This document shows positions 39,927-54,622 of a DNA stretch of 64,000 bases, one piece after another. The DNA lies in NCBI RefSeq assembly GCF_036321535.1, contig NC_087437.1, positions 27,964,001 through 28,028,000 on the forward strand, written 5' to 3'. Under the pieces are notes generated by a model. That model made no database searches. It saw nothing but the letters and a program-made list of their open reading frames with translations, and was not told the origin of the DNA. How positions within the stretch are numbered: position 1 is the stretch's first letter; each line of letters begins with the position of its first letter. The position numbers and the translations under genes were made by a program. The stretch is from Camelus dromedarius (Eukaryota).

Positions 39927-41439
39927 CAATGGAATACTACTTGGCTATAAAAAAAGAATAAAATAATGCCATTCGCAGCAACATGAATGGACCTGGAGAT
40001 TATCATACTAAGTGAAGTGAAGTAAGCCAGAAAGAGAAGGAAAAATACCATATGATATCACTTACATGTGGAATCTAAAAAATGAGACCAATGAAATTTT
40101 GGAGAGGATTTTCCTTTATTAGTTCAAAGTTAATCTGTTTACAGCAAATTTGCTTAAATTACGCTGTCTTTTTGTCATCTTTTCAAGTGAACTAGATATT
40201 GCATATAAACAGACTTCACCCAGTACCAGGAAAATTAACCAACAAATGGTAGCTGTTAATGTTCTATTCACTTCTGAATGCTCTGGTTTCTGCTCCCACT
40301 AATTTAATGAAAGTATTCTTTAGATGTGATACATTGTAACTTTCAAGTTCAAGGGTTTTTTTTAAAGACTTACTCTATATTGGTTTTGCCATTTACTGAT
40401 TGTGTGAGTTTGTACATGCAGCTGTTTCCTCACCAGGTTAAATGGACATTATAATGCCTATATGACAGGATTAACTAAACAGCAAATGTGTTAAATAAGG
40501 TGTTGGATATGAAATAATTTTGTAAAGTACACGGAACCATAAAAGCACAGGCAATTACTCTGAACTTTTAGAAATAAAGGATTTCGTATTACACCATGTA
40601 CAGGGACAGATATTAACTAGACTTATTTTGGTGACCACTTAGCAAAATATACAAATATCAAATCATTATTTTGTTTACTTGAAACTAAAATGTTATATGT
40701 CAATTATATCTCAATTAAAAAATTACAGTAGGAAATTTCAACACTCTTTTCTATAATTGATTGAATAATTAAACAAAAACATAAGTAATAATACAGAAGA
40801 CTTGAAGAACAATATCAACCACTTTGCCCTAATCTCCATTTTGAGAAGACCCCAGCTGACACCACCAGAATACACATACCTTTCAGCTGTATTACATAAT
40901 TTGCCAATATAGGCAATATTCTTGGCTATAGAATGTTTCATAAATTATTTAGATGGAAGTAAGAGAGACTGGATTTACACAAGTGCCTGAAATTTAAAAA
41001 AAAAAACAAAACTTGACCGATTATATGAAACAACAATGTCTAAGAAACTGGAAGTCAGAAAATGAAGGACAGTGATCCCTGAGAGGCACTAAAAAAAAAA
41101 AAAAAAATTAGCCCTGTACTTTTCCCAGCTTACCCCCTTGAAAGAGCTTTGGTGAAGGAAGGGAAACCAGAGAAACCCAGGAAGATGCTAGTGCTTTTCC
41201 TGCTTTGAGAGGCTGTGATGGAACCAAAGCAACCAGAGGTTACAGGACAAAGTACCAGTTTTGCCAGAACAATTTCAGACTCTAAACTGTTAGCACATCA
41301 TAAATTAATGGTTCTTTAGATAGTCCTCATATCTTGGCCAAGAGTCAGCACCAGACTTTCCAAAATCCTTTGAGGCAAACAGAACTATCCCAGTCCAGTT
41401 GTAAAATAACTCTATCACCCATATCTTCATAACTCATTT

Positions 41440-43400
41440 TATAATGCCCATATAACCAAGTAAAAAAAAACAGAAGGAAGAAAATTACAGATTAATATTT
41501 TTTATGAATATAGACATAAAAATACATAACAAAATTTTAACTAGTTAAATCAGTATATAAAACCAGTAATACATCTTGATCAAGTGGTGTTTATTTCAGG
41601 AATACAAGATTTAACATTCAAAATTTGATAAAATATATTCATCATTCTAATAGACTAAAGTAGAAAGCTATGCATCATCTCCTTGAATTCAGGGAAAAAA
41701 CGGACTGACTTTAAAATAAATTCATAATAAAAAGTTCTCAGACTTTCTTTGATTTTATAAAGGTTATCTATGGAGAACTTTGAGCCAACATTATATGTAA
41801 TGGTGAAAGATTGGATATTTTCCCCTAAGACAGAAAACAATAAAGCTGTCTGCCATCATCTCTTCCATTCAACATTATATTGAGAAATAGTTAATGCAAG
41901 AAGATAAGAGAAATGTAAAAAGCATTACAAACTGAAAGGAAAAGGTGAAACTGTCTTTTTCAAATGGAACATGGTAATTTATTTTAAAAAATTTCAAGGC
42001 CAGTAATACTAATGAATGAGATTTGAGAATACCAGAACTATATGCAAATATCAATTGTTTTTTATATACTAGGAAGAAATCTAATTAAAACATGTAAACA
42101 ACTCAGGGATAAATTTAACAAAATGTGTACATGAATTATATGCTGAAAACTTGAAAACATTTCTCAGAGAAATTAAAGATCTAAATGATCTGATACGCTC
42201 AATCAGAAGACTTGATATGTTTCTAAGTAAATTCTAGATTCAATGCAATCTTAATCAAAACTCTAGCAGGCTTTTTTTTTCCCCCTTAAGAAATCAACAA
42301 GCGGATTCTAAAACTGATACGGAGTTTAAAAGAATAGAGAGTAGCATGAAGTTTTTAATTAAAGTAAATTAAAGAATTAACATTACCTTATTCAACATTT
42401 TCTGCAACATTTTCTGCTCCATTAATAAAATGTAGCATTGGCATAAGAGCATACATGTAGATCGATAGAACTAAAAAGAGAATCCAGATATAGATGCTGT
42501 AAATATAAGTTCAATTTAATTTTGGCAACATTGCCAGGATAAATCAGTGGGCAAACAATAGTCTTTTTACAAATGATTTTAGAACTCTTGGATGACTACA
42601 TGTTTTTTAGAGTTTCAAAACTATTCACACAATATATATAAAATAAAGTTGAAATGAATCATTGACCTCAATTTAAGAGCTTAAACTATAAAACTTCCAA
42701 AAGAAAATAAGAGAAAATCTTTGTGGCCATACAACAGGAAAAATGTCTTGAGACACAAAAAGCATGAACTAAATGAAGAAAACAAATTAAACTTCATTAA
42801 AATTTTTATCCTCAAGAACCAGTGTTAAAAAGAGCCAAGCCACAAAGGTAAAATATTAGATAAACACATATCTGAAAAAGAACTGTATTCAGACTATATA
42901 AAAACTCTTCAACTCAATGAAGACAAATAGTCTGGTAAGATAATAAGGAAAATATTTGAAGACATCTTTCACTAAAGAAAATATTTGAATGGCCAGAAAG
43001 TACAGGAAAAATTATTTAACAACTGGAGAAAAAAGCATATGTCCATTATCATGAGTGGATAAGTGAATTGTATCTGTACATGTAACAGAACAATATTCAA
43101 CAATAGAAAAAAACCTGATACATGCAACATCATGGATGAATCTCAGTTGCCTTTTGCTTAGTGAAAGCCAGACACAAAAGAGTACATTCCACTTGCATGT
43201 TTTCAGTTACGTAAAATTCTTGAAAAGCAAAACTGTAGTAACAGCAATTCACTGGTTACCAACAGCTAGAGGAGAGAGGAGATTATTAACTGTGGTGTTG
43301 GTAACAGGACCATATATGTTTGTCCAAACTTATTTAACTGTTCACTTAAAATTTGTGAATTTTATTGTATATAAAATACACCTCAATTAAACTGATTTTA
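41440..43400 (+). mobile_element. Old, degraded L1 (ORF2 to 3' end)
   Basis: Degenerate L1 ORF2 motifs; 3' end tattgtatataaaatacacctcaattaaa. Confidence 0.7.
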
Positions 43401-45041
43401 AAAGAGAGAGAGAATTGGGAAGAAAAAACGAAAATATGATGTTAACACATTTGAGGAGATGTGAAGGAAAGGGAAGCAAAGTATTAGACTACTGCAAAAT
43501 TCTAAGTGCCAAACTTATTTAAAGCTTTAGGCTCACAGTTCCAACACAGTCAAAATGATAGACTATTTAATCATTATTAGACTTTATCTAACTGAAGAGC
43601 CAAAGCATTTATTCTTAATTAGAATAATATTATTAATGATAATAACTAATCATATGAATATAAAGTCACTGGACCATTAAATTTCAGTTTTATAATTGAT
43701 ATCTTTCAGATTCTGTTTTGGCAGAATACTTCCTTTTAACATAGCATTTTATCAAACATTTTGGCAGAGTTTAGATTAAATTTTTTAATTAAAATTTTTG
43801 ACAAATGGGGAAGAAAACCTTACAAGTGAACTAGATTTTTCTTAACTTTTATTTATTGTAATTCATTAGGAAGTTTCTTTAAGCATTTTAAATTTTTATT
43901 ATTTCCTTAGTTATAAATAATGAGTACTATATCTTTTGTTGGCAGGTATGTGGGGGATTTTTAGCAAATTATTTACCTTTAGAAAGGGAGAGACCTTTGG
44001 TGAATGTGTAAAATATAACCTTACATGTTTAGAAACCTCTTATATGCAGTTAAAACTTTTTGGAAGAGGTGCTGAAAAAGTAACTAGGCATTAAACAAAA
44101 ACAAAGAGAATTAAAATCTTTTTCAGTGAGAAATGAATGAATGCTGTCACCTTTAAAGAAAAAATCATTAATTCAAACAATGAGTACTGAATGTCTGGGT
44201 CAAGGGTTAGGCAAATAGCAATGAAAGAAGCTCTTAAGGTAAGACTTTAAGATGAGAGCTTAAGAGTCATTATTAGGATGACTGACAGCCCTGGTTTTCT
44301 CAAGGCTAAGAGGTTCCTCGGGTGCTAAATCTGAGATAGTTTAGACAGAAAAAGACAGAGAAATAATTACAATGAAACATGATACATGTGCTTAGAGCTT
44401 TAATAGGAATAAATCTGTGGGTGTTGGGTGCGTGGAACAGGGTCTAGCTTATTTAATGCTGTTATCTAGGGGATGGTCAAATCAGCAGCCAAAATGCCTC
44501 CTTTCTAGTCTGCAGTGCTCCTCTGCTTTCTTTTGCACAATTTGTGGTTCTGCAGTGAGGAGTGCAGGGATAAATGTTAATTGTCTTACTCTTGAATGTC
44601 TGTAGTGATGAACTACATGTTTTACATCAGACTTAGTCCTTGGTCTTTCTGCAACAACAGTGATTAATTTTATTGGTAGCCTCTTTTATCCCCAATATCT
44701 AATAAGAGCTGGTTGAAAATTAGACTGTTGAGGATCAAAACACAAGTTAGCAATTAAATATTAGCAACTAGTGGAGTCAAAGAAAATAAACTTCCATATT
44801 TTAGCCAGTATTTACATTTCAAAAGCATTTTCAAGAAAGTTTTGGAACTTTATGAACAGTTACAAGAGTGGCAGATGTAGATATCACTCTGACTGAGAGA
44901 TAAAATATTGTAAAAATGTTCAGGTTCACAAATGGGTTTGTTTGGTATTTTCCTAGGGTTGTCACATGTGGTATTGTGACATAACAAATTTCATTATTGG
45001 CCTTCTGTTTAAGAGATTCAGTCAAAAGTGTGTGCTGCTTT

Positions 45042-47214
45042 TTAAACTGGATTCTTTATTTTGTTGTTGCTGTTATTATTGAGTTCCTTATATATTTTGG
45101 ATACTAGCTACTCTCTTATCAGATACATGGTTTACAAATACTTTCTTTCATTCTGTAAGTTGCCTTTTTACACTGTTGATTGTTCCCTTTGCTGTGGAGA
45201 AGGTATTTAGTTTGATGTAGTCCTTCCTGTCTATTTTTGCTTTTGCTGCCTGTGCTCTTGGTTTCAAATCAAAGAAAAAAAAATTCATTGTAAAGATCAA
45301 TGTCATGGAGTTTTTCTCTTGTATTTTCTTCTAGGTGTTTTACAGTTTCAGGTCTTATGTTTAAGTTTTTAGCCCATTTTGAGTTGATTTTTTGTATATG
45401 TTGTAAGATAGGAGTCCAGGTTCATCCTTTTGCATGTGGAAATCTAATTTTTAGCAGCACCATTTGTTGAAGAGACTATCCTTTTCCCACTGTGTAGTCA
45501 TAACACCCTTGTTAAAGATTAGTTGACTCTACATGCATGGGTTTATTTCTGCACTCTCTCTTCTGTTTCACTGGTTTATGTGTTTGTCTTTATGCAAGTA
45601 CCATAATTGTTTTAATTATTATAGTTTTGTAATATATTTTGAAATCAAGACATATGATGCCTTCACCTTTTTTCTTTTTTCTCAAGATTGCTTTGGCTAT
45701 TCTGGGTCTTTTATTGTTCCATGTGAATTTTAATATTGTTTTTCTATTTCTGTTAGAAATGCCATTGGGATTTTGATGGGAATAGCATTGAATATATAGA
45801 TCATTTTGGGTAGTGTGGACATTTTAACAATATTAAGTCTTCAATATATTCATGTAGAACTAAAAAATTGTGCTCTACACTAGAATTTGACACAACATTG
45901 TAAAATGACTATAATTCAATAATAAAAAATTTTTTTAAAAAACCAATATTAAGTCTTCCAATCCATGGACATAAGGATATCTTCCCATTTATTTGGATCT
46001 TTTTTAATTTCTTTCATGAAGGTATCGCAGTTTCAGTGTACAAGTATTTTATCGTCTTAAGTTTTTATGTAAATATTTTATCCTTTTTGATGCTATTGTA
46101 AATGGGATTGTTTTCTTCTTTTTCTTTGCAGTTCGTTGTTACTATATAGAAACATAACTGATCTTTGTATGGTGATTTTGTATCCTACAACATTATTGAA
46201 TTTGTTTATTCCAAGAGTTTTTTTTGGTAGAGTCTTCAGGGTTTGCTAAGAAGATAATCATATGGCCAACAGATATATCAAAAGATGTTCAACATTGGCT
46301 AATCATCAAAGAAATACAAATCAAAACCACAATGAAATATCACCTCACACCTAGTAGGATAGCTGTTATCAGAAAAAAAAATACAAGTGTTGGCAAGGAT
46401 GTGGAAAAACTGGAACCCACATACACTGTTAGAATCCAAAATGGTGTAGCTGCTGTTGAAAACAGTATAGAAGTTTCTCAAAAAAAGTTAAAAATAGAAC
46501 TAGCATATGATCCAGCATACTACTCCTGCGTATATATTAAGATGCTTGAAACCAGGATCTTGGAGAGATATCTACATTCCCATGTTCATTTCAGCATTAT
46601 TCACAATAGTTATGATATGAAACAACCCAGATGTCCATCTGTGGATGAATGGATAAAGAAAACGTGATATATACATAAAATAGGATGTTACTCAGCCTTC
46701 AAAATCTTACTGTTTGCAACAATATGAGTGGACCTGAGAGACATTATGCTAAGTGAAATAAATCAGTGACAGTAGGACAAATATTGCATGAATCCACTTA
46801 CATGAATAATTATAACATAGTCAAACTTACGGAAGCAGAGAATAGAATGACAGTTGCTAGAAGAAGGAGGCAGAGGAAATGGGGAGGTGTTTTTCAGTGG
46901 GGATAAAGTCACATTTATACAAGATGGATTGAGTTCTAGAGATCTGTTGTACAACATAGTGCCTATAGTTAAAAATATACTGTTAAGCACTTAAAAATTG
47001 TTTAAAAGGGTGGATTTCATGTTAAGCATTCTTACCACACATAACACACAAAAAACAAAGGGACACAAAAAACTTTTGGTGGTAATGATTATGTTTATCA
47101 CCTTGAGTGTGGTGATGGTATCACAGGTGTATGAATATGTCCAAACTCATCAAATTGTATAAATATGTGCAGCTTTTTTTTGGTATATCAACTATACCTC
47201 AGTAAAGCTGTTTA
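45042..47214 (+). mobile_element. L1 with 5' inversion (45042-~46246 antisense, ~46247-47214 sense)
   Basis: Orientation switch at ~46246. TSD AAAAGTGTGTGCTGCTTT 45024-45041 vs AAAAATGTGTGCTACTTT 47215-47232. Confidence 0.85.
45843..45943 (+). mobile_element. ~100-bp L1 3'-end insertion
   Basis: Same 3' terminus as the L1 at 18980-19078. TSD CAATATTAAGTCTTC at 45828-45842 and 45944-45958. Confidence 0.88.
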
Positions 47215-47902
47215 AAAAATGTGTGCTACTTTACCACTGAATACTCTATTCTTTCCCCCAGGCCCTCACACTCCCCACAATGCTATCTCTACTTGATATT
47301 TCCTCATAGAAAAGAAAGGAGGTGTTTCTCCTCAGCACCTTTTGGAGGCCTGGTTTGCATAAATCTTTTATGCTACCTGTTTCCCAGTAAGAAGAATATG
47401 ACCAGTGGACATTGGGCAGAGTTAGACCACACAATTCTTCATGTTTATGTGCAATCTGCACATCTTTAAATCTTAAAGTTCTGCTTTGAAGGACTAATTG
47501 TGCATTATCTCTTTGTCCATTTGCAAAATTATAAAAAGACTGTTTCATAAGTAACAAAGGAAATAAGGCTTTACCACTCATTATTCATATGTCTTTCTCC
47601 CATTTCCCTTTCTGTACTGTATAAATATGGCCTTTCCCATTCTTGTACCACATTCTGAATGGCCTTATGATATCCTTAAATGACTTACATTAAATGCTGA
47701 ATTTCTGGGTACCTCAGTTACTGCATTTAGGCAGCAGTATAGGGAAATGAAATACACCGTGTGGGTACAGATGTACCTGAGCTTGAATCTTGATTATGTC
47801 CTTTTCTTACTTTAATAACAGTGATACTAATAAAATGAACAGTAGTAATATCTATGATATTACCATTTATTTGGCTATATGTCAAAACCTATGCTAAGCT
47901 CT

Positions 47903-48670
47903 TTTTTTCCTGATAGATATTTTTTACTGAAGTACAGTGATTTACACTATTATGTTAGTCTGGTGTACAACATAGTGATTCAATTATACATATGTGTATT
48001 CTTTTTCATAATAGGTTTTTATAAGATATTGAATATAGTTCCCTGTGCTATATGGTAAATCCTTGTTGTTTATCTATTTTATACATAATGATGTACATCT
48101 GTTAATCCCATACTCTTAATTTATCCCTAACCCTCATTCCCCTTTGGTAATCATAAACTTGTTTTCTATGTCTGTGAGTCTGGTTTTTTTGTAAATAAAT
48201 TCATTTGTATTATTTTTTAGATTCCTCATGTAAGTGATATATAATATTTGTCTTTGTCTGACTTACTTCACTCAGTATGATAATCTGTAGGTCCACCCAT
48301 ATTGCTGCAAATGACAATATTTCATTCTTTTTAATGGCTGAGTAATATTCCATTGTGTATATATACCACATCTTTATCCATTCATCTGTTGATGGACACT
48401 GACGTTGCTTCCATGTCTTGGCTATTATAAATAGTGCAGCTATGAACACTGGGGTGCATGTATCTTTTTGAACTAGAGTTTTTGTCTTTTCCAGTTATAT
48501 GCCCAGGAGTAGGACTGCTGGATCATATGGTAGCTCTATTTTTAGTTTTTTAAGGAAACTTCATACTGTTTTCCATAGTGGCTATACCAATTTACATTCC
48601 CACCTAAACAGTGTAGGAGGGTTCCCTTTTCTCCACACCCTCTCCAGCATTTATTATTTGTAGACTTTAT
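47903..48670 (-). mobile_element. L1 3' end
   Basis: ORF 48210-48449 MFIAALFIIAKTWKQ...WYIYTMEYYSAIKKNEI plus antisense 3' UTR. Confidence 0.88.
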
Positions 48671-51600
48671 TAACAACTTAAAAAAATGACTTGAAGCTAT
48701 GTTCTAGAAAAACTGACCCAAATTCAACAACATAAGTGCTAATAAAATTACTAAAAATGATCAAATCACTAATGAGAAAATGAAAATAAGACATGCATTG
48801 TACTTTTTCAGAGCTTCATTAAATGCCTGTGGTATTTTTTGTGATCATGATAGGAGGTGAGCGTAAGGTCCTACTACTCCACCATTTTGACAAGATCCAG
48901 AGTATATTTTAAATATTAACTTACATATTTAGAAATATCCCAGTATACATTTTACTATCCTGTTTATAATTGAATGTTTCATTATATGTGTACTTATAAC
49001 TCATTATGAGAGGAAATACTAAAAAGAAAGCAAACTTTTTTATTAGCTTTTCTTTTTTATTATTAAAAAAATTTTTTAAAGAAAGCGAACATTTAAGAAG
49101 AGATTTAAATTCTTTGCGAGAGAGGTATTGTAATTCCCTCACAGTTAAAGAAAAAGTTATTTATCAAACAAACCTGTAATGGAAGGTTACTACACACTAG
49201 CCTCTGAGTTTGAGAATGGACATATAGCCTTGAAACAAGCTCTCAATGTTAAGCCTCTGTTGAGAGAGAGAAAAAGAGAATAATTAGAACATGCCATGTA
49301 CTTTGATAGAGATGAATCTGTAAAGGTGAGGATGTGCAGATAAGATTTCAGCCTGTTTTGATGCTCTCTTCAGAGAAGCATGGATGCTTACTCATATTGT
49401 AAACCCCACTGCACTTATTATGTTTCCTAAGCCACAAAACTTGCACAGAACTGAGAGAACTACAAGGAACAGTGATGACATCAGCTATTTCTTTTGTTTC
49501 ATGCAACCATTCAGGGTCTTGGGACTCAAGTTGCAGCCTGATATAGTTGAAAATACTGACTGTAGGAAAGATGTTCCCCAAGATTTTTTTGTGTTCCCTG
49601 ACCTACAGCCATGTGGACCAGTCCATGAAGGAAGTAGCCAATTTCTCCTCTTTGTAATCCACACTTCTTTCCTGTCTCTCATCATACAACCCATGGCCCT
49701 GCCAGGTTGAGGCACTGCATTGCAGTATTGCCTTATTTCAAGTGGCTTATGTGCATGTGTCATGATATATGTCAGTGTTGGCCTGTGTCTTTCTGCAGCA
49801 GTAGGTATTGCTTTAGTTAAATCTCCAGTCCATCAACAACTAGCGAGCACCCATTTGATAAATTGCTTGAGGTCAAGCTATTTTTCCTAGATGGAGTGAG
49901 AAGATTGAGGGGAGTAAATGCAACCACTTTCTTACTGGTTTGCTCTCTCCCTGAGATGTTTTACAGTATCCACAATAATATTTCAAGTACATGAGCAGAT
50001 TTCTGAATCCTAGGAAAGAAAGATTGGTATTGAAAACTTGAGATGAATTCAGTGAGAATCATATACAGGACTCACGAATCACAACTGTTTTCTAAGCATG
50101 TGAGAAAAGCCTTAATTTGCTATTGGAAACGTATTTAAATTTTAACAATTAGGTAACAGAAAATAAGATCCTAGATTTTAGTTATTATTTAAATTCCAAA
50201 AGCATTTCCCAGAATATTTTGGAAATTTACTCATAGCTGCAAGATTAGAAGTCATCTACATCTCCTGTCTGGCTGAAAGTTTGTTTGAATATAAGTGAAA
50301 CTGAATATGAGAAAAAAGTCAAAAATTGGGTTCAAAGACAAGCTCTTATATGAGTATTTTTATGGTGGTGTTGTGTATGGTGCTCTATTGTGCCATTATT
50401 TTTATTTCCATTTTTTGTTCTCTAGTGTACACATCCACGTAAGGGAAAAACGTCGTTTTCCTAGCATGCAGCATTGCTCCCAAACATACTTGCTTTGTGC
50501 ATGGTGCTTCTCTATACTCAGTGTTTTCTCACAAATAAGGAGGAAGACTTTTCCCATCAGCTCACTCTTGGAAGCCTGACTTGCTTGACTCTTATATAGT
50601 GTATATTAACTAGAAGAAAGAGGGTGATCCCAGTGGACAGTGGGGAGAAAAGTGAACAAAAAATTCTTCATATTCACATAAAAGCTGCACTCCCTTAGTT
50701 TATAGAATTCTAATTAGAATGCATTCTTTTCTCCATTTTAAAATGGATTAATAATCCAGCAACAGTCAAGAAGAAGGTTTTGATTCCTTCTTATGCTACT
50801 ACACTTTCTACACTGGACAAGGTTGACCTTTTCTACGTTGCTACCCAATTTGCAAGAACAGTACTTAAGGTTCTTGCATTAAGTTGCTGCCCTTCATATT
50901 TCAGTCTAGCAATTTAGACAGCACCAAGGGGTAAATTTTTTAAAATGAAGAGTGGGTTAAGTCAGATTCATCTGGGCATGAATTTTGATTGTGTTCCTTT
51001 CTCACTGTAATTTTAATGACAATAATATGTACAGTGAAAATAATAGTAATTATAATATTACCATGTATTGAAGACCTCCTGGATTCCAAGTTCTTTGCCT
51101 AGTTCTTATATTTATTAGTAGTTTAATTCAAACAACAGCCCTATTAGATATGAATTAATAGGACTTTACTATAAGTGAAATTATTGCAACAAGAGTAATC
51201 TGAGGGGATGGGGTGAAAAAAGAATAATCTAAGAACCTGCCCTTTGATTATACAGCTAGTAATTATGCACATTTCAATTAGCTCATCTTTAAGATTGTAA
51301 GTATAATATACTTACTATCCTTTAAACAATAAACACCCTTATTACATAGGTTATGATTGAACAGAAGAGGGTTTATCTTTCTGTAACGTGTCGGCCTCTT
51401 GATCTCTAGCACATGGCAAACTTTTGATTACACTGAAATTGAACTGGCCTCAAAGTGATGAATGCAAGACTGCACCCCACTAGAATTTCAGCTGAAAGTA
51501 TACTGATCTTAGCATTCTTACTTCATATTGATTTTGGGTTCCTCTCTTTCTTCTTGGGATTCTGTAAATAAAACCTAGAGATTGGTTAGATAGAATTTAC

Positions 51601-52247
51601 TAAGGCTTCCAGCTTAAGCAGTAAAATTCATCAGGAAGATAACCTGTCAAAATTACATTATTTTGAAGAGAAATACATACACAAACACACAAACACAGGA
51701 TTGGGGAGAATCCTGAAAAGCTTCCCTGTGGTATAATCTTGGGAGGAGAAGAGCAGCAGCTGCAGAAGGTGACAGAAGACTTTTATGCCCTCTCTCTCTG
51801 TCTCTCTGTCTCTGTCTCTTTCTCTCTCATGTGCACTTATGAAATAAAACCTTAAGAAGCAGGAGAGAAGGGCATCAAAAAATGTTGTCTTTTGAGCACT
51901 GGTGAAAACACGTTGCAGCTGTCATAAGGAAACAAAAAACAGGAACAACGTTAGCAAAAAACCTATGTTGTATAGCGTAGCAGCATTTAAAATGGTAATA
52001 TTTCAGTAAAGAAAGCCCCTGGAAACCACTTCTCTATTCTCTATTTCTATGAGTTTGACTTAAAAAAAAATTCTACGTGTAAGTATCTGTCTTTTTCTGT
52101 CTGGCTTATTTTACTCAACATAATGCCCTCCAGATTCATTCATGTTGTTGCAAGTGACAGTATTTCCATTTGTGAAGCCTGAATATATGTGTGTGGGGGG
52201 GTTCACATTTTTTTTTTTGATCCACTTCTTTGTTGACCGACACAGGT

Positions 52248-52762
52248 TGTACAACCACAGAACCAGCCCAAACTGGCCTATCCTGTTTCTAACAAGATAC
52301 TGACTTGTTTTTCAAAGACAACAAAACCAAAATACTAATCATGTAGTCAGAGCATTCACAGAGGAGAAAATTTTGACCTCAAATAACTCTTGGAACCAAA
52401 CCCCACCCCCAGCCAAACCGGAGGACTGGGACATGACCGGAACTGAATTCCAGAACCCTTTCAGAAGCAAAGGGTCCACTGTCCAGGAAGATCCAGTGCT
52501 GAAGCCCGTCTAGCATCCTTGACATAAATGGACGAGTTCCAAAGCCCTTTTATCAAAACCTACCCCACCAGCGTTTCTGCATACCAGCTTGTTCCTCCTA
52601 GCCCCTTAAATTTTGCTCCAAATCCTGAATCATGGAGACAGATTTGAACTCTGCCTCTTGTCTCCTTGTCCTTCAACCTGGCAATAAAAGTCTTTCCTCA
52701 AACAGCAGTGCAATAGTATTATTGGCTTTTATGCATGTTAGTCATAAACTTGCTTGGTAGCA
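52248..52762 (+). mobile_element. Solo LTR inside L1
   Basis: TG...CA ends, AATAAA at ~52683, L1 sequence continuous across it. Confidence 0.75.
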
Positions 52763-53053
52763 GTTTTTTCCATACCTGGCTACTGTGAATGATACCGCAG
52801 TAAACACGGGAGTACAGATATCTTGACATTGGTCTTGGTAATGATTTTTTGGATTTGGCACCAAAAGCAAATGCAGCAAGAGGAATAATAAACAAGTGGG
52901 ACTATATCAAACTAAAAAGCTGCTGTGCAGCAAAAGAAGCCATTAATAAAATGAGAAGGCAGCCTATGGAATGGGAGAAAATATTTGCAAATGACATATC
53001 CAATAAAGGGTTAATATACAAATATACAAATACTTCATACAACTCAAAAGCAA

Positions 53054-53054
<1 letters not shown>

Positions 53055-53086
<32 letters not shown>
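53055..53086. repeat. (AAC)n microsatellite in L1
   Basis: Directly visible. Confidence 0.9.
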
Positions 53087-53155
53087 AACCCAAGTAACAC
53101 TTTTAAAAATGGGCAAAGGATCTGAATAGACATTTTTCAAAGGAGACATACAAAT

Positions 53156-54622
53156 TGTTGGAAATAATTAATATACAATCTATAGTAGGAGTAGAAGAGT
53201 TCTACTTGAGCCAAACTGTGGATATAGCCCAGGAGGCACAGATTCAAAAAGCACTTGAATTGTGTACTGCCACACTATAAAATGGAGAAGGAATATATTA
53301 TAGGCAAAACTCACAAAGTTACATAAATTCTTTGTCAAGAATTAGGATTGAAGCTGGCAAGAAATAAGGGTACTTGTTAAGCAAGGATTGGTTGGGGTCT
53401 GAAATGACTGCATAGTCACAAGGGGAGACCTTGAAACCATAAGGTTGCAGCTGACAGATACTAGTGAAACTGAGCAGGACCCTTTGGGACCCTCTTGGAT
53501 ATCCAAGCACCCTGTGTTCCTTGTCTCTTGAAGTAAAAGGCTTTGTTTCATGCCTCCTCTGAGTCTCAAACATCTGGCTCTAAAGTTAATGATTAGGAAA
53601 ATGTGAATATGTAGCAACAAAGAATAGCTATTGGGCTTAGAAACTGATAACACTTTAAACAATAAATTGGCCATATAGCAGAGATAGCATCTCCCTGAAG
53701 AACATTGATAACAATGTTTGATGCGTATTCCTAAGTTGTTTTCACAGAAATCAGACTCCCACAGATGGAAACTGCTGACCATAAGCACAAAGACCCAGAC
53801 TGGTTGATACCAGAAGGATGATGATGCTTACTGCCGTCCCCCCCCCCTTACCTCACCACCAACCAATCAGAAGAATGTCCACAAGCTTATGAGGCACCCT
53901 GCAATCCACACCCCTAATGTTGCCTTTAAATACTCTTCCCTCAAAGCCATCGAAGAGTTCAGGTCTTTTGAGCACTAGCTGCCTATTCTCCTTGCTTGAT
54001 GCCCTGCAATAAATGCTATACTTTCCTTCACCACTATCCAGTGTCAGTAGATTGACTTTGCTGTATGTTGGGTGAGCGGACCCAAATCCAGGTTTGGTAA
54101 CACTAGCAGATAATATTTTGAGCCTGGCTGGTGGTATCTTTGAATTTTATATAATTCAGAAAATTGAAGTTCTCAGTGATACAGGAATATGTCTAAAACC
54201 ACATCCACACTGGCCACCTGGCTCCATTTTAGATGCCCTTTGGATGCATTGTATATCTTGTCAGAACAAAGAACAAATATCAAACATGACAAGCATACAT
54301 TCCTTCAAGTTTTCAAAAGAGACAGGATAGCATGTATACAGTGAGTCAGCAGAATGATTTTGGTGTCTGGGGAGAAAACCTCATCTTCAAAGGAGTACTA
54401 GTATTAGTGACATAGGAACGGCGGAGTATTTATCCCTATCTTCAAAGTGGATGTTCTAAACAATCTGGTAATTGCTTTTTTTTTTCAGTGGTTAAAGCAG
54501 ATGTACAATAGATGTTTGACAGGCCATGACAGGCTGTTCTGGTTGGCATAAAGTTCAAGCCAAGTCATATATAATCCAGGATGACTTCCTCATATCTCAA
54601 TATATGAAAATTTCTTACATCA
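53156..54622 (-). mobile_element. Solo ERV1-type LTR inside L1, itself interrupted
   Basis: TG...CA ends, 4-bp TSD AAAT at 53152-53155 and 54623-54626. Strand is tentative. Confidence 0.8.
53465..54102 (+). mobile_element. Solo ERV1-type LTR nested in the previous LTR
   Basis: TGAAAC...GTAACA, AATAAA at ~54008, TSD CTAG at 53461-53464 and 54103-54106. Confidence 0.85.

Larger units (their letters stand above)
38128..40095 (+). mobile_element. L1 ORF2 fragment with internal deletion (~38772), U6 insertion and (TG)n tract
   Basis: ORFs LDNLEEMDKFLE..., [34 protein letters not shown]. The sequence jumps from the RT start to the post-RT region at ~38772. Confidence 0.9.

Noticed and set aside
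53342..53788. 148-aa minus-strand ORF (and the 125-aa ORF at 26940-27317)
   Set aside because: They lie within or across LTRs with no recognisable protein similarity.
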